Shown here: piece by piece, positions 14,303-29,004 of the stretch
Numbering within the stretch: position 1 is the first letter of the stretch
Layout of the letters: each line of letters starts with the position of its first letter
NCBI GenBank assembly: GCA_009602725.1
Contig: WELB01000007.1
Span: 7,032 to 71,031, forward strand
Length of the DNA: 64,000 bases
Origin: Spirogloea muscicola
Lineage: Eukaryota
Reading direction: 5' to 3'
Made by a program: the position numbers and the translations under genes
The notes under the pieces: model-generated
Seen by the model: the letters and a program-made list of their open reading frames with translations, nothing else
Database searches by the model: none
Told to the model about the DNA's origin: nothing

Positions 14303-17300
14303 TGTAGAAGAGGAGGAGGAGGAGGAGGAGGAGGAGAGGGAGGAGGAGGAGGAGGAGGAGAGAGTGGAGGAGGAGGAGGAGCAGCTGGTGGTGCTCAAGG
14401 AGGGGGAGCATGGGGGTCCAGAGAGGGGGGCCGAGGGGGAGGAAGAGGGGAGGTGCGGAGGAGAGGCAGCGACAAGACCAGATGATGGTGCAGCCGTCGG
14501 CGTCGCTGAACCCTCGAGCACAGGGGAGGGGCTCGCTAGCAGCGAGCCCGCTGGAGGTCAGGAGCTCGTGCCCAGCTTTCAGGACCTGCCCAACGGGCTG
14601 GCGTCGCACAAGGAGCAGCCGCAGCGCAAGTGCAGCCACGCCGATGCAGGCTTCGATCCTGGAGGGGGTGGGCGCAACGGCGAGCTGCCTGCTGAGGCTG
14701 ATGGGCGCGATGCCACGGCACCGCGGGGCGTCGCTGACCATAGCATCCAAGAGGGCAGCCCCGGGCGGCTGGATCAGCGGCCTGCTGATGGCAGTGGACT
14801 GCCAAATGGCACAACAACTGCATCCAAGCTTGACGCAGGGGAGCGAGCGAGCATGGAGGAGGAGGGGGAGGAGGAGGAGGAGGAAGAGGAGGGGGAGGGG
14901 GAGGAGGAGTTGGAGGAGGAGGAGGAGGAGGAGGACAGCAATGGCAGTAGTGGGATGGGTGACGACGACGACGACGACGACGAGGCGACGTTGGAAGAGG
15001 AGGAGCGGCTCGCAAGCATGGAGGCGGCGGGAGGGCCGCAGGAGGAGCTTGACATGCTGCAGCATGAAGGGGAAGTTCCCCTCGAGGAGCTTCTGGCGCG
15101 GCTACGTGAGATGGAGGCTCAGGCTGGCGGCAAAGAGGAGGAGGGAGGTGATGTAGTGGAGGAGGAGGAGGAGGAGAGGGAAGCTGAGCATGGGGACAAG
15201 GAGACGGCGTGGAGAGAGGAAGGACGTGGGCATGCTCAGGGCAACGGTGTAGCGCCGAGTGTGCGGAGGGAGGCCGCCGAGCCTGCTGCCACGGAGGTCA
15301 TCGGTAAAGAGGCGAGCACCACAGGCCCCGTTTGCAGTGGCAGTGCGGACGAGGCCTCCCCGCGCAGCCGCTGGAACAATGGCGACGCCCATGGCAGCGC
15401 ACGGGGGGTTTGCGCCGAGCACCAACCTGTAGCAAATGGGCGCAGTGCAAGCACATGCAGAGACGTGAACGAGGCCGACCACAGCAGTGGGTATGAAGAC
15501 TGTGACGCCAGCCATACCGCGCTCCTGTCCGCCAGCCTCATCAGCAGCCTCAATGACGTGGACCAAGCCGTGGTGGCCCGGATCAAGGAGGTGGCAGTCC
15601 GGCGGGATGATCGGACTTGGAAGCGGAGGCAGGACTCTGAAGGTAAGGAGCAGGAGGAGGCCTCGGTGAAAGAGGGAGAGAATGGTGTTGCAAACGTATC
15701 CAAGGAGGGTGAGGAGGCAGCAGGCGACGCAGCGCTGGAGTGCGAGTATGGTATTGAGGATGCGGCGGCGGCGGCGGCGGCTGCGCAGCCGACGGGTCAC
15801 ACGCTGTCGACAACGGCGGTGCGGACGCGCGTTCCGTTCCTGCTCAAGCATACGCTGCGCGAGTACCAGCACATTGGCCTCGACTGGCTTGTCACTATGT
15901 ACGAGAAGAGGCTCAACGGCATTTTGGCCGACGAAATGGGCCTCGGCAAGACCATCATGACCATTGCGCTCCTTGCGCACCTTGCTTGCGAGAAGGTGAG
16001 TTCTGGGCTTTCGGGGTTGGGGCAAAGTGAGCCAGTCCTTGAGTCAAGATTGAGGTGAAGCTAATATGATGCAGGACACTTTGGGTCAGAGTCGAAGGTG
16101 CTGTTGCAACAGTGACTGAAGCCATCTGGTTGATCTAGACCTCTCTTGATTTCGAATTAATTGATAGGAGGATCAACGAACACTCTGACGCTCCTGCCGT
16201 AGCATAAAAGTGATATGCCCCCTTCAGATGCAAAGCTGAGTGTAATGGTACGGCCCAGTAAGCTCACGATGATGTTTGTCTGACCGTGTGCTCATGGGGC
16301 TTCCTGTGGGGCCTGCAGGGCATCTGGGGCCCGCACCTTATTGTCGTGCCTACATCGGTGATGCTCAACTGGGAGATGGAGTTCATGAAGTGGTGCCCAG
16401 CATTCAAGATCCTCACATACTTTGGCCATGCCAAAGAGCGCAAGGCCAAGCGTCAGGGCTGGAGCAAGAGCAACTACTTTCACGTCTGCATCACTACATA
16501 CCGGCTCGCAATCCAGGCAAGAGTTAGCAAGAAGGAGCCTCGCATCTGCTGTTGCGGCAAAACATGTAGGCGGTTGAGCAGGACATCATGTCAGTAAGTT
16601 GGGTTGCCTATGGGCAGAGTGAGGACTTTGAAAAATCGACCGTTTGCGACGGCCGCAGTGGTGTTGTGCCGCCCTTGCAGGACGTGAAGATGTTCAGGCG
16701 GAAGAGGTGGAAGTACCTCATCCTGGATGAGGCGCACCTGATCAAGAACTGGCGGTCGCAGCGGTGGCAGACGCTGCTCAACTTCAGCAGCAAGCGGCGC
16801 GTGCTGCTCACAGGCACGCCGCTGCAGAACAACCTCATGGAGCTCTGGTCGCTCATGCATTTCCTCATGCCCCACGTCTTCCAGTCTCACCAGGTACGTA
16901 AGTTGCATTATGAGAGGAGAACTCTGTACTTCAGCCCCTAAGTCTGGCTGCCCATGTGGTGATGTTACGACGCCCACACTTTCAATCTCACATTGCAGAC
17001 TTGCATTTAAAGCTTCTTGTAGGCCGTTCAGGACACTAAAGTTGGTTCTTTGTGATAGCCTTCTGATGTTGTCAGCAACTTGGGATGGTGCGGTGATGGC
17101 AGGAGTTCCGGGACTGGTTCAGCAACCCAATCAGCGGCCTGGTGGAGGGAGCGGAGGGTGCGAGCAAGGAGGTGGTGGGCCGCCTGCACAACGTGCTGCG
17201 CCCGTTCCTGCTGCGGCGGCTCAAGCGCGACGTGGAGAAGCAGCTGCCGAGCAAGCACGAGCACGTCGTGCGCTGCGCGCTGTCCAAGCGCCAGCGCGCG

Positions 17301-20300
17301 CTCTACGAGGACTTCATGGCCAGCTCTGACACGCAGGCCACGCTCGCCGGTGGCAACTTCATCAGCCTCATCAACGTGCTCATGCAGCTCCGCAAGGTCT
17401 GCAATCACCCGGACCTCTTTGAGGTGCGGCCTATCGTATCGGCGCTCGACCTCCTGGGCATCGTCAGCCACCTGAGCTCGGACGCAGTGGCGGCAGTGCC
17501 CAGTAGCTGCAGTGCGCTCCGTGGTAGCCGCATCGTTACATGGCTGCCCAGCAGCTTCTGGCACCCCACATGGGCGGCTAAGGATGTCCAAAGGCTTGCA
17601 ACACCCGCGCGCTTGATCCTTGAGGCGGCAAGTGTGTTCCCAAGGCAAGGCCATCTCCCGGCAGGCTGCACTCGTGGCGGTGTTGTCGAGACGCTCCTCA
17701 AGGAGCTCCACCAGCGACGGCAGGCCTGGCGGCTGGGCCGGGCGGCAGCCATAGCAGCCCTCAACCTGCACCGTTGCTACATGCCCCCCCCTTATGGCTG
17801 GGACCTGATCCGGGTGGTGCAAGTTGAGGACCCTGTCCAGGCCATCCGCCAGGCGGCAGCGTCGCCTCGGCGCCTCCTGTCGCACTCTTCCGTTCTGGCG
17901 GCCATGGTCAAGCTGCCGCTGGAGCGGTGGACGGAGATGCTCGAGGTTGTGCAGGCATTCCGCTTCGCAGTCCCGGCCGCCCGTGCGCCGTCGCCGCTGT
18001 GGTGGTGCAGCCATCCGCAGCAAGTGGTGGCCGCCTGCGGCAGAGTGCCATCAGACTTACGTGAACAGGGTGCAGCGTATGTCGAGGCAAGCGCCCTGCT
18101 GGCGCCGCTGAGGCCCGCCGTGGTGCGCGGTCAGCTCTTCTTCCCTGACCGGCGGCTCCTGCAGTACGACTGCGGCAAGCTGCAGGTGGGCAAGCCCCTT
18201 CTTCCATTCGCTTGTACCCTTAGTGTGAGCAATTGTCATGCATAAGGAGCTGCGTCTCTTGGACCTGACTCAGTGCCAGCAAGACGGTCAAGGGCTTCCT
18301 GAGAATTCCTATCCTTGAAAGCATCTCCTTTCTTCAGCAACCGTTTAGCAGTACTCCTTGTTGTAATGTCAAGCAAGACACTGGCACTGAAGGTTGAGCG
18401 GGAATTTGATAGGTGAAGGGGCACTGGCTGCGCTCCCTAAAAACCTAGACTATGCTCTGAGATTTAGGACGCGCAGAGATAGGGTCTCTATGGACGTCAC
18501 TATAATGTGTATGCAGCTGAAGCTGTTTGCTTGTGGCCCGTATCGATGCAGGAGCTGGCACGCCTGCTGCAGCGGCTGAAGTCGGAGGGCCACCGCGCCC
18601 TCATCTTCACGCAGATGACGAAGATGCTGGACATTCTCGAGTCGTTCATAAGCCTGTACGGTTACACGTACATGCGGCTGGACGGGTCGACCAAGCCGGA
18701 GCAGCGCCAGATCCTCATGCAGCGATTCAACACCAGCCCCAGGATTTTCCTCTTCATCCTGTCGACGCGGAGCGGCGGTGTGGGGATCAATCTGGTCGGA
18801 GCTGACACGGTCATCTTCTACGACTCGGACTGGAATCCAGCAATGGACCTGCAGGCTCAGGTCACCCCTGCTCCGCCTGTATTTAGTGGATGTACTCAGA
18901 CATGTTCATCTGTCATATGGAGCAAGTTTTTCAGCTGTTGGTGATGTGACCCTTCCAGTCTAGATTGCCCATTGTCTGGTGGCACATCTTACCTGATCAT
19001 AGCCTGTCCAAGTGGCAGCAACTTTGACACTGCTGTTGAATTGGTGGCGGCTCAGGATCGATGTCACAGGATTGGGCAGACTCGCGAGGTGAACATCTAC
19101 CGGCTCGTTAGCGAGCACACAATAGAGGAAAACATCCTGCGCAAGGCAAACCAAAAGCGATTGCTGGACGACCTCGTCATTCAGGTATTTGTCAATTTTT
19201 ACTCATCTCGTGTAGACCCCACATGAGGTGACATTGTGGCAGCCCTCTAGTGACCCACATTTGTACTTGTGACAAGCTTCTTCATGTATCCTTGCTCCAA
19301 CCTGCAGAGTGGCGAGTACAACACCGAGTTCTTCAAGCGACTCGATCCGCGCGAGCTCCTTTCAGGCGTGAAGGAGGTGCCTGCCCTGGCGAGCGTGGAG
19401 GTGGCGGCCTCGTCAGAGGTTGCGCAGCAGGTAGAGTTGTCAACAGCAGAGGTCGACGCCGCGCTTAAGTATGCAGAAGATGAGGCTGACTACATGGCCA
19501 TGAAGAAGGTGGAGGAGGAGGAGGCTGCTGACAATCAGGTCAGCAGCCACAGATCGTTATCCTGCACCTCACTTATTGTCAAGGAAATAGTGTTCCTGTG
19601 CTTCTGTTTGTCTTTCTTGCCTTATGGAAGTCAGCTTACTCAGGCAAAAAAGCTACAGATATGTATCCATCCGCCTCTCTCATCATGAGGAACAACTTAC
19701 TTGTAGTGTTTGTAAGATGTGCAAAGACGCAAAGATGCAAAAATAGTACATTGGCTGCTGTGAGTGTCCTGTGGCTTCACCCAAATTGAGGACAAATGCC
19801 TGTATCAATGTAGCTCGCTGTACTGACAGACACTGCCATTGTGCTGAATCACTGGCAGGAATTTACCGAGGAGGGGCCAGTGGCTGCTCAAGATGACGAC
19901 CAAGGAGAAGGTGGCGATGCGGATATTGAAACTGAGGACGTTTCTGAGAGGTGGGACAGCAAGGCCGCAGCTCCTGCTGCTGTTGAGCAGTCGCTGCTGG
20001 TGGAGGTCGTCCACGAAGGCGAGGATGCCGACGTCGACATGTTGGCCGATGTGCGGCTGCTCGCGGCTGCCGATGCTGCTGCAGGCAAGACAAAGGAATT
20101 GTCTCTGGAAAGCGCGCTGAGGCCCATCGAGAGGCGAGCCTCTGCACCCTCCCTGGCAAACCCCCGAAAGAGCTTGTTATGCTGTTGATTTGAGGCTTAA
20201 GAAACTCCATCTCTAAAGTGTCAGTGCTTCTCTTTCATATCACATGCACAGACTCAAGGCCTGACACTGAGTAGAGCTACTTCCGTGACTCACTTCTTGG

Positions 20301-22462
20301 CCTGCTATTACACACCAATTTGTAATGAGATCTCAATGTAGACGTGTGGGGCACGGCAGCCTAGCACTTAAGCAATTTGACAATGTTTGAACAATCTTCG
20401 ATTACAGGTACGCAATGCAGTTCCTGGAGACATGGTCGGGTTACCTGAATGGGCTGGAAGGTGGCGATGGTAGCGTCCAGATCCTACTGGGAGACAAGGC
20501 CGCGGGGGAGCACAAGGCGGAGTGGGAGGAGCGGGACTGGGAGCTGGAGCGCTTGGAGCAGCTCAAGGAGGAGCAGGAGAAGGAGATGGATGCAGACGAT
20601 GAGCCGCTGCGGTACGAGAGCTGGCAGGTCGAGGGCGCGGACCGTGCCTACCGCACCCAAGTCGGCTTGTTTGCCCAACAGCAGGCACGTCCTTTTCCGT
20701 GCGACTTTAAACCATCTGCTGGGCGCAGTTGCCTCTTAATGATGTGTGCTAGCTTTCCAGCCCTTGGAATACATAGCCTGGACCTCACAGACTCAATTGC
20801 CATTGAATTGTGAGAGCTCTTGAAGGTGGTTAGCCCTTATAGTCTCTATACTCTCATGTATTGGCTCTACTAATTCTTCTCGTTTGTGATTTGACTTATT
20901 CCTTGATGTGGCAACAAAAGTATACATACAACTTTCACTCCTCTCCTTTGTATGTGCTGGTCATTAAAGCCTCAGCTTGCGTTTATCGTAACTTTTCCAG
21001 CAGTCTTGTCTTAATTGGTTCAATGCAAACCTTTACAAGAGCTGACTTAAAATCTGGAGCATCTTTGGCATGCATGGGCAGGAGGAGCAGCGGCAGGCAG
21101 AGCTGGCTGCAATCGAGGCGGAGGCGCAGAGGCTGGAGCAGGAGGAGAGGGAGAGGGAGGAGCGGGAGCAGGAGCGCCAGCGCAAGCGTAAGCTGAAGAA
21201 GCGCAAGCAGGCGGAGCTGCGGAGAGAGAGGGAGGAGGAGGCGGCAAGGTGGAGGGAGGCGGAGGCCATGGGCGGCCGGCAGGGCCTGGAGGCGCTGCTA
21301 CTCCCCAGCTCGTCACAGAGGAAGCGGCACCTGACGCAGAAGTTGGAGGAGAGTATGCTTCAGGAGATACTCCTGAAGCATGGGCGGCAGGAGCAGCAGG
21401 AAGCGGAGACAGCACGGTCGGCAGCCATTGCGACAACTAGCGCAGTCCAGCAGAAGCCCACGAGTGTGGCTGTGGGCCCAGCGGCGATGCGTCTGTCCGG
21501 CACGAAGCGAGAGAGGCTGATGCGGGAGCGCGCGAGGGTGAAGGGCCGAGCGGATCCGGCGGCAGCGTCGGCGCCAGCGCCGCCGCCACCACCGTGGGGC
21601 CTCTTGGAGGACGCCGTCCTGGCGGCGGCGGTGCACGAGTACGGCGGCGCCAGCTGGGCGCTCGTGAGCGACCTCGTGAATTCACTCCCCGGCGCGATGG
21701 GCGGCGGCGGCGCCTACCGGAGGAGGGAGCAGTGCCAGCGGCGCTTCGCCGAGCTCATGGCCAGGCTGGCCGCCCGCGCACCCCCTGGCAGCGCCACCGT
21801 CCTCGAGGCGGTGGCTGCTGGGCGTCTGCTGGTCCAAGAGGTAGGCCCTGACCCATGTCCATTAATGACAGAACTTGGTGTAGGAACGTGCAAGACTTCC
21901 CTGCTATATGGGTTTCGCTTATGTGTAGTTATCATTGTACAGAGCAGACAATGGAGGCAAGTATGAAGCTGCGAAGCTGATCTTCATCGCATCTCAGAGT
22001 TCTGACGTTGCTCCTGGTGTCTCTTGGTGTCGTGTTCAGGAGCACACGGGGATGCTGCTCGTGGACCTCCGGCAGGAGACTGATGCGGAGCTGCGGTTCC
22101 AGCGGCACCTGCACGCGGCTACGGCTCTCACACAGTACCACCTTCTACCATGCCCTCCGGCATCGGCAGCGACACCAGTGGTTCCACGTCCTCGGAGGGC
22201 CCCTTTGCTACCACCAGGCAGGGAGTCTCAAGAAGGGCAGGTGCTTGTCTCCAACGCACTGGCCAAGTCCCAGGCAGAGCCGGACATGCCGCTGGCCGGC
22301 TTACCACCAGGTGGCAGTGCTGGCGGCTGCTTTGGTGGCAGCGCTGGCGGCTTGAAGCAGCCACAGATGCCACAGGTACCTCATGCCGAGGATGTTGACG
22401 AGATGGGCGACGAGCTGGAGACTATTGAGCTCAAGGATTATATGGCCACTGTCTTGGAATAG
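14303..22462 (+). CDS. PIE1: SWR1/SRCAP-family chromatin remodeler PIE1, 5'-truncated by the assembly join
   Basis: [12 protein letters not shown]...[105 protein letters not shown]-terminal SANT/Myb ([26 protein letters not shown]). Confidence 0.97.
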
Positions 22463-23391
22463 TAACTCACATTGTTTGGCAAGGAGTGCCTATACAATAA
22501 GAGCAATCGAAGGTCTTGCTCATTGCAGAGTTGAGGCCCGGCTGAAGATTGCTGGGCTTCTTAGTCACGGTTGCATCTGTGTAGCCAGGGCTTCTGGCGA
22601 ATGTATAGGTGTGCATTCGTGAACAAGCAGTGTGGCTACCTGTAGCTGGGTAACAAGCTAGCCAGCTGCTAAAACTCGCAGACCGCTTTAGACTTAACTA
22701 TTCTTTTGTTGGTGATACAACGACGAGGTCTTATTATGCTCTAAGACTAGTACAAATTTCGACCAGTGCCATCGCCACAACTGTAACAAGCACATACAAA
22801 AGCATACAGGACTAGCAAAGTGTTGAAAAGGCGAAAGCAGAGGAAAGATAGCGCAAATTGTAGAGCGTCTGACGAAGTAGACAAACATGATGCTGGTCGA
22901 GGCATGTTCCAGGTGACTTGCTGATTAGAATGCAAGTCTGGATATAGTAGCCTACGACATCAGCAGGGTTTCTCCGCAGCATAATGCTAGCTGCCAATGG
23001 ACCCGTGTATAATAATCTCTTTGCCGACAAAGCACATCAACTCCCCCAATAAGCTGAATGCACCATCCTAGCCTGGAACCACTGCAAGTGGACACAAGCC
23101 TACACCACTACACCAACAGCACGACCTTATTCCTAATGAACATGATGTGGGCGGTCACACGGGTGCGGTGACAAGGGAAGACACGACGTTATGCTAGCAA
23201 CCGCAGCACAGACTAGAAGTACAACCCAACAACTCGCCCTCACACACCACGCAGTATCTGGCCACTGTTAGCCAAGTCTACGCTCCGATCCTCGGCAGAG
23301 GTTGAAAGGGAGGAGGCTCGGAGCATCTAGCCACGAACACACTGCAGGGGGTCTCAAGTGGACATACTATCACAGCATGTGCACTGCTACT

Positions 23392-26300
23392 TCAGTCCTC
23401 CTCCTCAGAATCAGACACGGGCTCGCCGTTCTTCTTCTTCATCGCCCTGATTCTCTCGCGCTTCTTCTTCTCCTTGGCGCTCAATGCCTTCTTCTTCTCG
23501 GCAATCTTGACGGTGTTGCCGAACTGGTCAAGTGTCTCCTCCTCCCGCTTCCACTCCAACTTCTGGGCCGCCACCACGGCAGCTGGCTGACCCTTTGGCG
23601 TAAGTGTGCCGTTGGCAACTATCCATGTCTCAGGGCACAGAGCGGAGCTGAATTCTGCACAGATTCAATACATATTTGCAGGGGTGAGAGCTCAATCTTG
23701 ATGGTACTGCGGTACAGAATCTACTACAGCGATTATAGGCCCTGACCTCGCGGCGTGATTCTGCTCATGTAAGCCCAAATTGCCATCAAACGGGAATGAG
23801 CAGCTTACCACTGTTGTGGGTGATCATCACAACACCACCTCCATACTCCTTGATGGCATTCGCCAGCGCTCCCAAAGAGTCCCGATCCAAGTAATTGGTG
23901 GGCTCATCCAAGATCAGCATGTGGGGCTGGTTCCACATGGCTGCAGCAAGTACCACCTTGACCTTTTGTCCACCCGAGAGGCCGCGAACGCGATTGTGAG
24001 TACCGAACTCGGGCTCAATGCCAAAGTCCAGCAGGTGCTTCTCGATGTTGGCGACCGTAAGCGGGCGCGTGAAAAGCCCGGACTTGGCTGCCTCCTTCGC
24101 ATCTATCTCGTTCACCATCTTCACAAAGCCCATCTCCTCGAGCTTGTCGCGGGTGAGCCACGAGTTGTCGTCAGAGTGCAGGCCAACCCACTGGACCTCA
24201 TACTCGTAGCTCTTCTTCAACTTGCGGCGACCAAGAAGTTTCTCAACAACCTTCTTCTTGCCGTCATGCACCTGCTGCGCCTGCATCTTCTTCTCTTCTT
24301 CCTCAGTCACCTTCCGCGACACCTTGCCAACCTCCTCGCGGTCCTCACCTGAGGCATACCGCCACTGAATGTACTGGTTTGCTGTCATGTCCAAGTGCTG
24401 CTCCAGGTGGTGGAAGGCGTGCTGCGCGACGTAAGCCATGCGCAGGTTGGGGTGCTTCCACACAGTGCCCGAGCTGGGCTCCATCTCCCCCGTAAGCAGC
24501 TTGATCATGGTGGACTTTCCAGCGCCATTGGCACCTACGACGGCCACCCTGGAGTTCAGGCTGCACATGATAGTAACGCCAGACAGCACCTCCTTGGTGG
24601 TGCCAGGGTAGGTGAACGAGTTGTTGTACATCTTCAAGATCGCGCGGTCTTTGCTCTTGACGCCCTCCAGGAAACCGGGCTCTGGGAACTTGAACTTCAT
24701 CTCGGCAGCACCGAGCTCATAGTAAGAGCGCGCCTCTGGCTTCACCTTCACGAACTCAGAGAGGTTGCCCTGCATAACAGCAGTGGGACCTTATGTGAGC
24801 AAGCATGATCACAAAACCAGTGAGTACAATGACCAACATCACAGGAAATGCATTTCAGAAAAGCTCCTGAATAGTGCAATGTGTCAGAAACTTTGATGAC
24901 TACAACTCACCCTGTAGTGCTTCAGCTTCAAGTTCTCGTAGTGGATGATGTCTGTGCAGACATTGTCCAGGAAGCCAGAGTCGTGGGAAACAACCATGCT
25001 CGTCACATCGGGCAAGTTTGTCAGGTAGTTCTCCAACCAGGCTACATTGGTGACATCCAAATGATTTGTGGGCTCATCCAAAAGCATGATATCAGCCTTC
25101 ATCAACATGGCCCGAGCTGCAGACATCCAATTCATATGTTCCCACTGGTCAGCTAAAATACCGAAGCAACACCGTACATGCAGCAAAACTGCAACAGGAG
25201 TCATGTGGTGGTAGTAGCTATATATAAATGCAGTTGATCTATGACTGCAAATAGGTCAGATTCACTAACCAAGGGCCAACTTCATCTTCCATCCACCAGA
25301 CAGAGAAGCAACTGGGGCCTTCAGCATCTCCTCCGTGAACCCGACACTGGCAAGCACACTCTCAACATGGCCATGGGCAGGATGGGTGGCATCTGCACAA
25401 TAGATCATCACATGTCAGAGCAGAGATCTACTGTGCAGTCAAAGGTATACTGCTCCAAATCACACATGAATGACACATGGAACAACCCAATTGCCTGAGT
25501 GACATACAAGGGCAGCAAATCGAGGCATACCCTGCAGGGCGGCATCGTGGAGGATGAACTCCAGCACGGGTGTGTCAGCCTCAGATGCATCAATGTCGTG
25601 CTCCACGTACACCGTGCGCAGCTCCTCCTTTGGGGGGAAGCCCTCCAGCTGGCCATTAGCAATGGCTCTCATGAGAGTGGACTTTCCAGAGCCATTGGCA
25701 CCGCAGAGACCGTATCGCCGGCCCCTCTTGAGGTGCAGGCGAGCATTGTTCAGCAGGATCTTGCCACCTGAGAAACACCGCAAAGGATATGCTTCAGAAC
25801 TAACATCAAAGGTACATCAAAGAGGATCCATGATAAATAACAGGGCAAAGCAACAACCATAGGTATGCGCCCTTCACAATGTGAAATCAGAACATACCAT
25901 AAGCAAGGGAGAACTCGCAGTTGCACAGGTCAGGAGCAGGGTCCTCGTCAACCTCAACCACCTTCTCCCTAGCCTCCTCCACGCACAGAGCCAGGAAGGC
26001 ACTGCTAACAACCTCGATATCACCCTTCTTGATGACTGGCGTCAAGTATGGAGCAATAACCTGAACATTCACATCTTACTGACAACATTCAGATTGCGTC
26101 TACAGGCCCATCCAGTGGCACACCAAGAAGTACAATTGCCACACTTTGAGCAAATTTGATGCTTGCCAAACAGCTTGTTTTGATTGATTATTCCTTACCT
26201 CGTCCCTCCAGGTGCCAATCTCAAAGCTCTTGGCAGCAATCAAGGTTGCGCACAAAGACGTCACATACTCCAGCGCACGTATTTGGGACTGGTCAACCTC

Positions 26301-28213
26301 CTCCTTGGTGCTGGACTTGATAACTTCCTTGAGCGTCGACAGAACCACCGCCTCATCGACGGGCTTGGGCGCAGTGAACTTGCCCTCGCCTCCCACACGG
26401 ACGAGTGTGGCATGGGCCTTGGCTGCCACCTGCCTGCACTCGGGATCAGACACCTCCTTGCTCATCTTCTCCAAGCCAGGGAGGAGCTTCGGCAGGAAGG
26501 GGGCGGCGTCTGCGGGGTTGTCCACAAGCTGCATGACACCGGGAGCAACTTGGCTTGTTCAGTCACAAGAACCCCAGAGGTGGCTAGACTCCATAACCCA
26601 AGGTGGTATACTATTCTGTCTTCCAAGGAAACAACACACGTTGATGGGTTAGGCTCACCTTGCTCATGTTGTCAATGATGACAGCTGTCTTTCTCTTGAT
26701 AGCAACAGCGCGCTCGTTCATGCCTCGGGCCAACAGGGGCACCATGATTGACAGGGTGGGGGCTTCCACAGTCTGTCCATCATGCAAAAAGACTTATTCA
26801 TCAGATTAATCCATGTCTGTGGGACAAATGACTCAGTACAAGTTTGTGAGAGATGTGAGACCGCTGCCAAATAGGTATTCTCTCACACAGTATAAAGTCC
26901 TCCCTTGTTCTATGGTGAAGCAACAACTCTCTACATATATATAAGCAGATTCAGAGGCATTTATTTTTTTTGTAGGAAACAGCATCTCCAACATATACAA
27001 GGAATCAATTTGCTGCAAGATGACATCCTTGCGTAGAAGACATACCTGAACGAAAGTGGTTGCAGAGAGCTTGTGAACACACTCAGGAACCTCGGCAGGC
27101 CGAGCAATACAGCTGATAACAGCTGGGACAAAGGGATCGATATCCTTGTTCCCAACCACACTGGTGACAGCCTTCATAGCAACAACAGCTGCTGTTGTGA
27201 CCTGCTCCTTTGTGTCGTGGAAGCACTCAGAGACAACAGGAACAATCTCAGGCAGGCAAGCTGCCAATTGTCGGGGGGCGTTCTTTGACAAGAGTTCCAG
27301 GAGCTCAAGTGCAAGGGACTTCTGCTGCCACGACTTGGTGTACTCCATGTTCTCAAGAAGGACAGGAACCACAATTTTGGTGGCATGTGGAGAGATGATC
27401 TCGAATAGCTTAGTCACAGCAGAGTTTGCCAAAGTCTGCACGGGCTTTGACTGCACATGCCAACATACCAACTTCGATGAGAAGCTTGCAACGCACATGC
27501 TCAGACATCTGAAAGCCACGTCGCTGACTGAACACGCATCACACAATATAGCCTCAACTGATGTCACTTCCTTATGTACACAAGCATTCAGATGGTGTGC
27601 ATACCTTGTCACCAAGGCGCTCCATCAAGTTGCGCAGTATGGGCACTACATAGGCCTCGCAGTCACGCTTGCTCTCGCCCTCAAGAAGGCTCACGACAGC
27701 CTGCAGAGCTCCCTCGCGAGCCACAGCTGACTTCTTATCCTCCATAGCGGCTGTCAACCTCTCCAGGACCCCATAAGCCTGCACAAGCCATGATACAAGG
27801 AAGACATGTGAGTTGAAACGTCGGCAACAATCAAAGCCTGAGGCTACAAGACAGGTGTTACAATCATGATATTTCTTACTATTCTTAGATGCATACTTGG
27901 CCGAAAGATGCCCACAGTAGCAGAAGAACGGTAACAGCGAGCAAAGGCACATGTGCATGTCCAAATCACACAATGAAAGGCCATTCTCAGGCCATTTTGT
28001 AAAAGGTTGCACCCAGCACGAAAGAAACACCCGCCTCACCTTAAGAGCTCCGACACCATGGTCTGTGACAAGGGCAGCAAGTTGACCAGCTGCGGCCTTC
28101 TTGTCCTCTGCAGACTTGCTCGTCAGAATCTTCTCCAGCAGGGTACCCACCAACTTGCTCTCCTCACTTTCCACAGCAGAAGGAGCCTGCGCAGCCGGGG
28201 CCTCCTCGGCCAT
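23392..28213 (-). CDS. EF3: Translation elongation factor 3 (eEF3; HEAT, 4HB, ABC1, ABC2 with chromodomain), ~12 exons
   Basis: [27 protein letters not shown]...[51 protein letters not shown]...[22 protein letters not shown] (chromo insertion); [10 protein letters not shown]...LDEPTNYLD; Lys-rich tail ending SDSEEED*. Confidence 0.96.
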
Positions 28214-28770
28214 GGCTGGCGGCCTTGAGTGAAAGGACTCTTGACAGCGGAGGGCTTCTGCAAGAAGTGAAGGCGAGTCACGATGAGTGGAGGAACGCAC
28301 TGATTTCAGAGAGCGCCAAATTAAAGCCCGAGGTGTAAAAGCCCATAACGAGAGAGAGAGACACAGCAGTGGCTTCTGACAGTAAGCGAGCCGGAACATG
28401 AAGCTGATTGTACGGTTTCCACAGCAACGACCTCAGCAAAAACTCCAACACTCATACACTTTGCAGAACTGGCACTGCATGCTCCTCGCAGAGCCCTAGA
28501 GCACACCAGACCAAAGACTCTGGTGCAAGGGCAGAGATCCTGATTGAAACCCCGAAGGACGACCTCCTGACACCACCGAGACAAAGGGGAAACGGGATCT
28601 CACAGGAGGAGGATGGGGCAGTGGTGCAGGAACCGGCAGTCTCCGCAGCAGCGCTGGGGCAAGCGTGAGGGCAGCACCCGCAGGGGCGGCGGCCGCAGGG
28701 GGCGCGCCCGCAGCGGCGGCTACGAGGGGACGCCGAGGCGGCAGCCGCAGCGGCAGGCGGCGGCGGAGGC

Positions 28771-29004
28771 NNNNNNNNNNNNNNNNNNNNNNNNNNNNNN
28801 NNNNNNNNNNNNNNNNNNNNNNNNNNNNNNNNNNNNNNNNNNNNNNNNNNNNNNNNNNNNNNNNNNNNNNNNNNNNNNNNNNNNNNNNNNNNNNNNNNNN
28901 NNNNNNNNNNNNNNNNNNNNNNNNNNNNNNNNNNNNNNNNNNNNNNNNNNNNNNNNNNNNNNNNNNNNNNNNNNNNNNNNNNNNNNNNNNNNNNNNNNNN
29001 NNNN
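28771..29004. other. Assembly gap (N-run) near the eEF3 5' region
   Basis: Run of N with a GGC-rich left flank. Confidence 1.
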
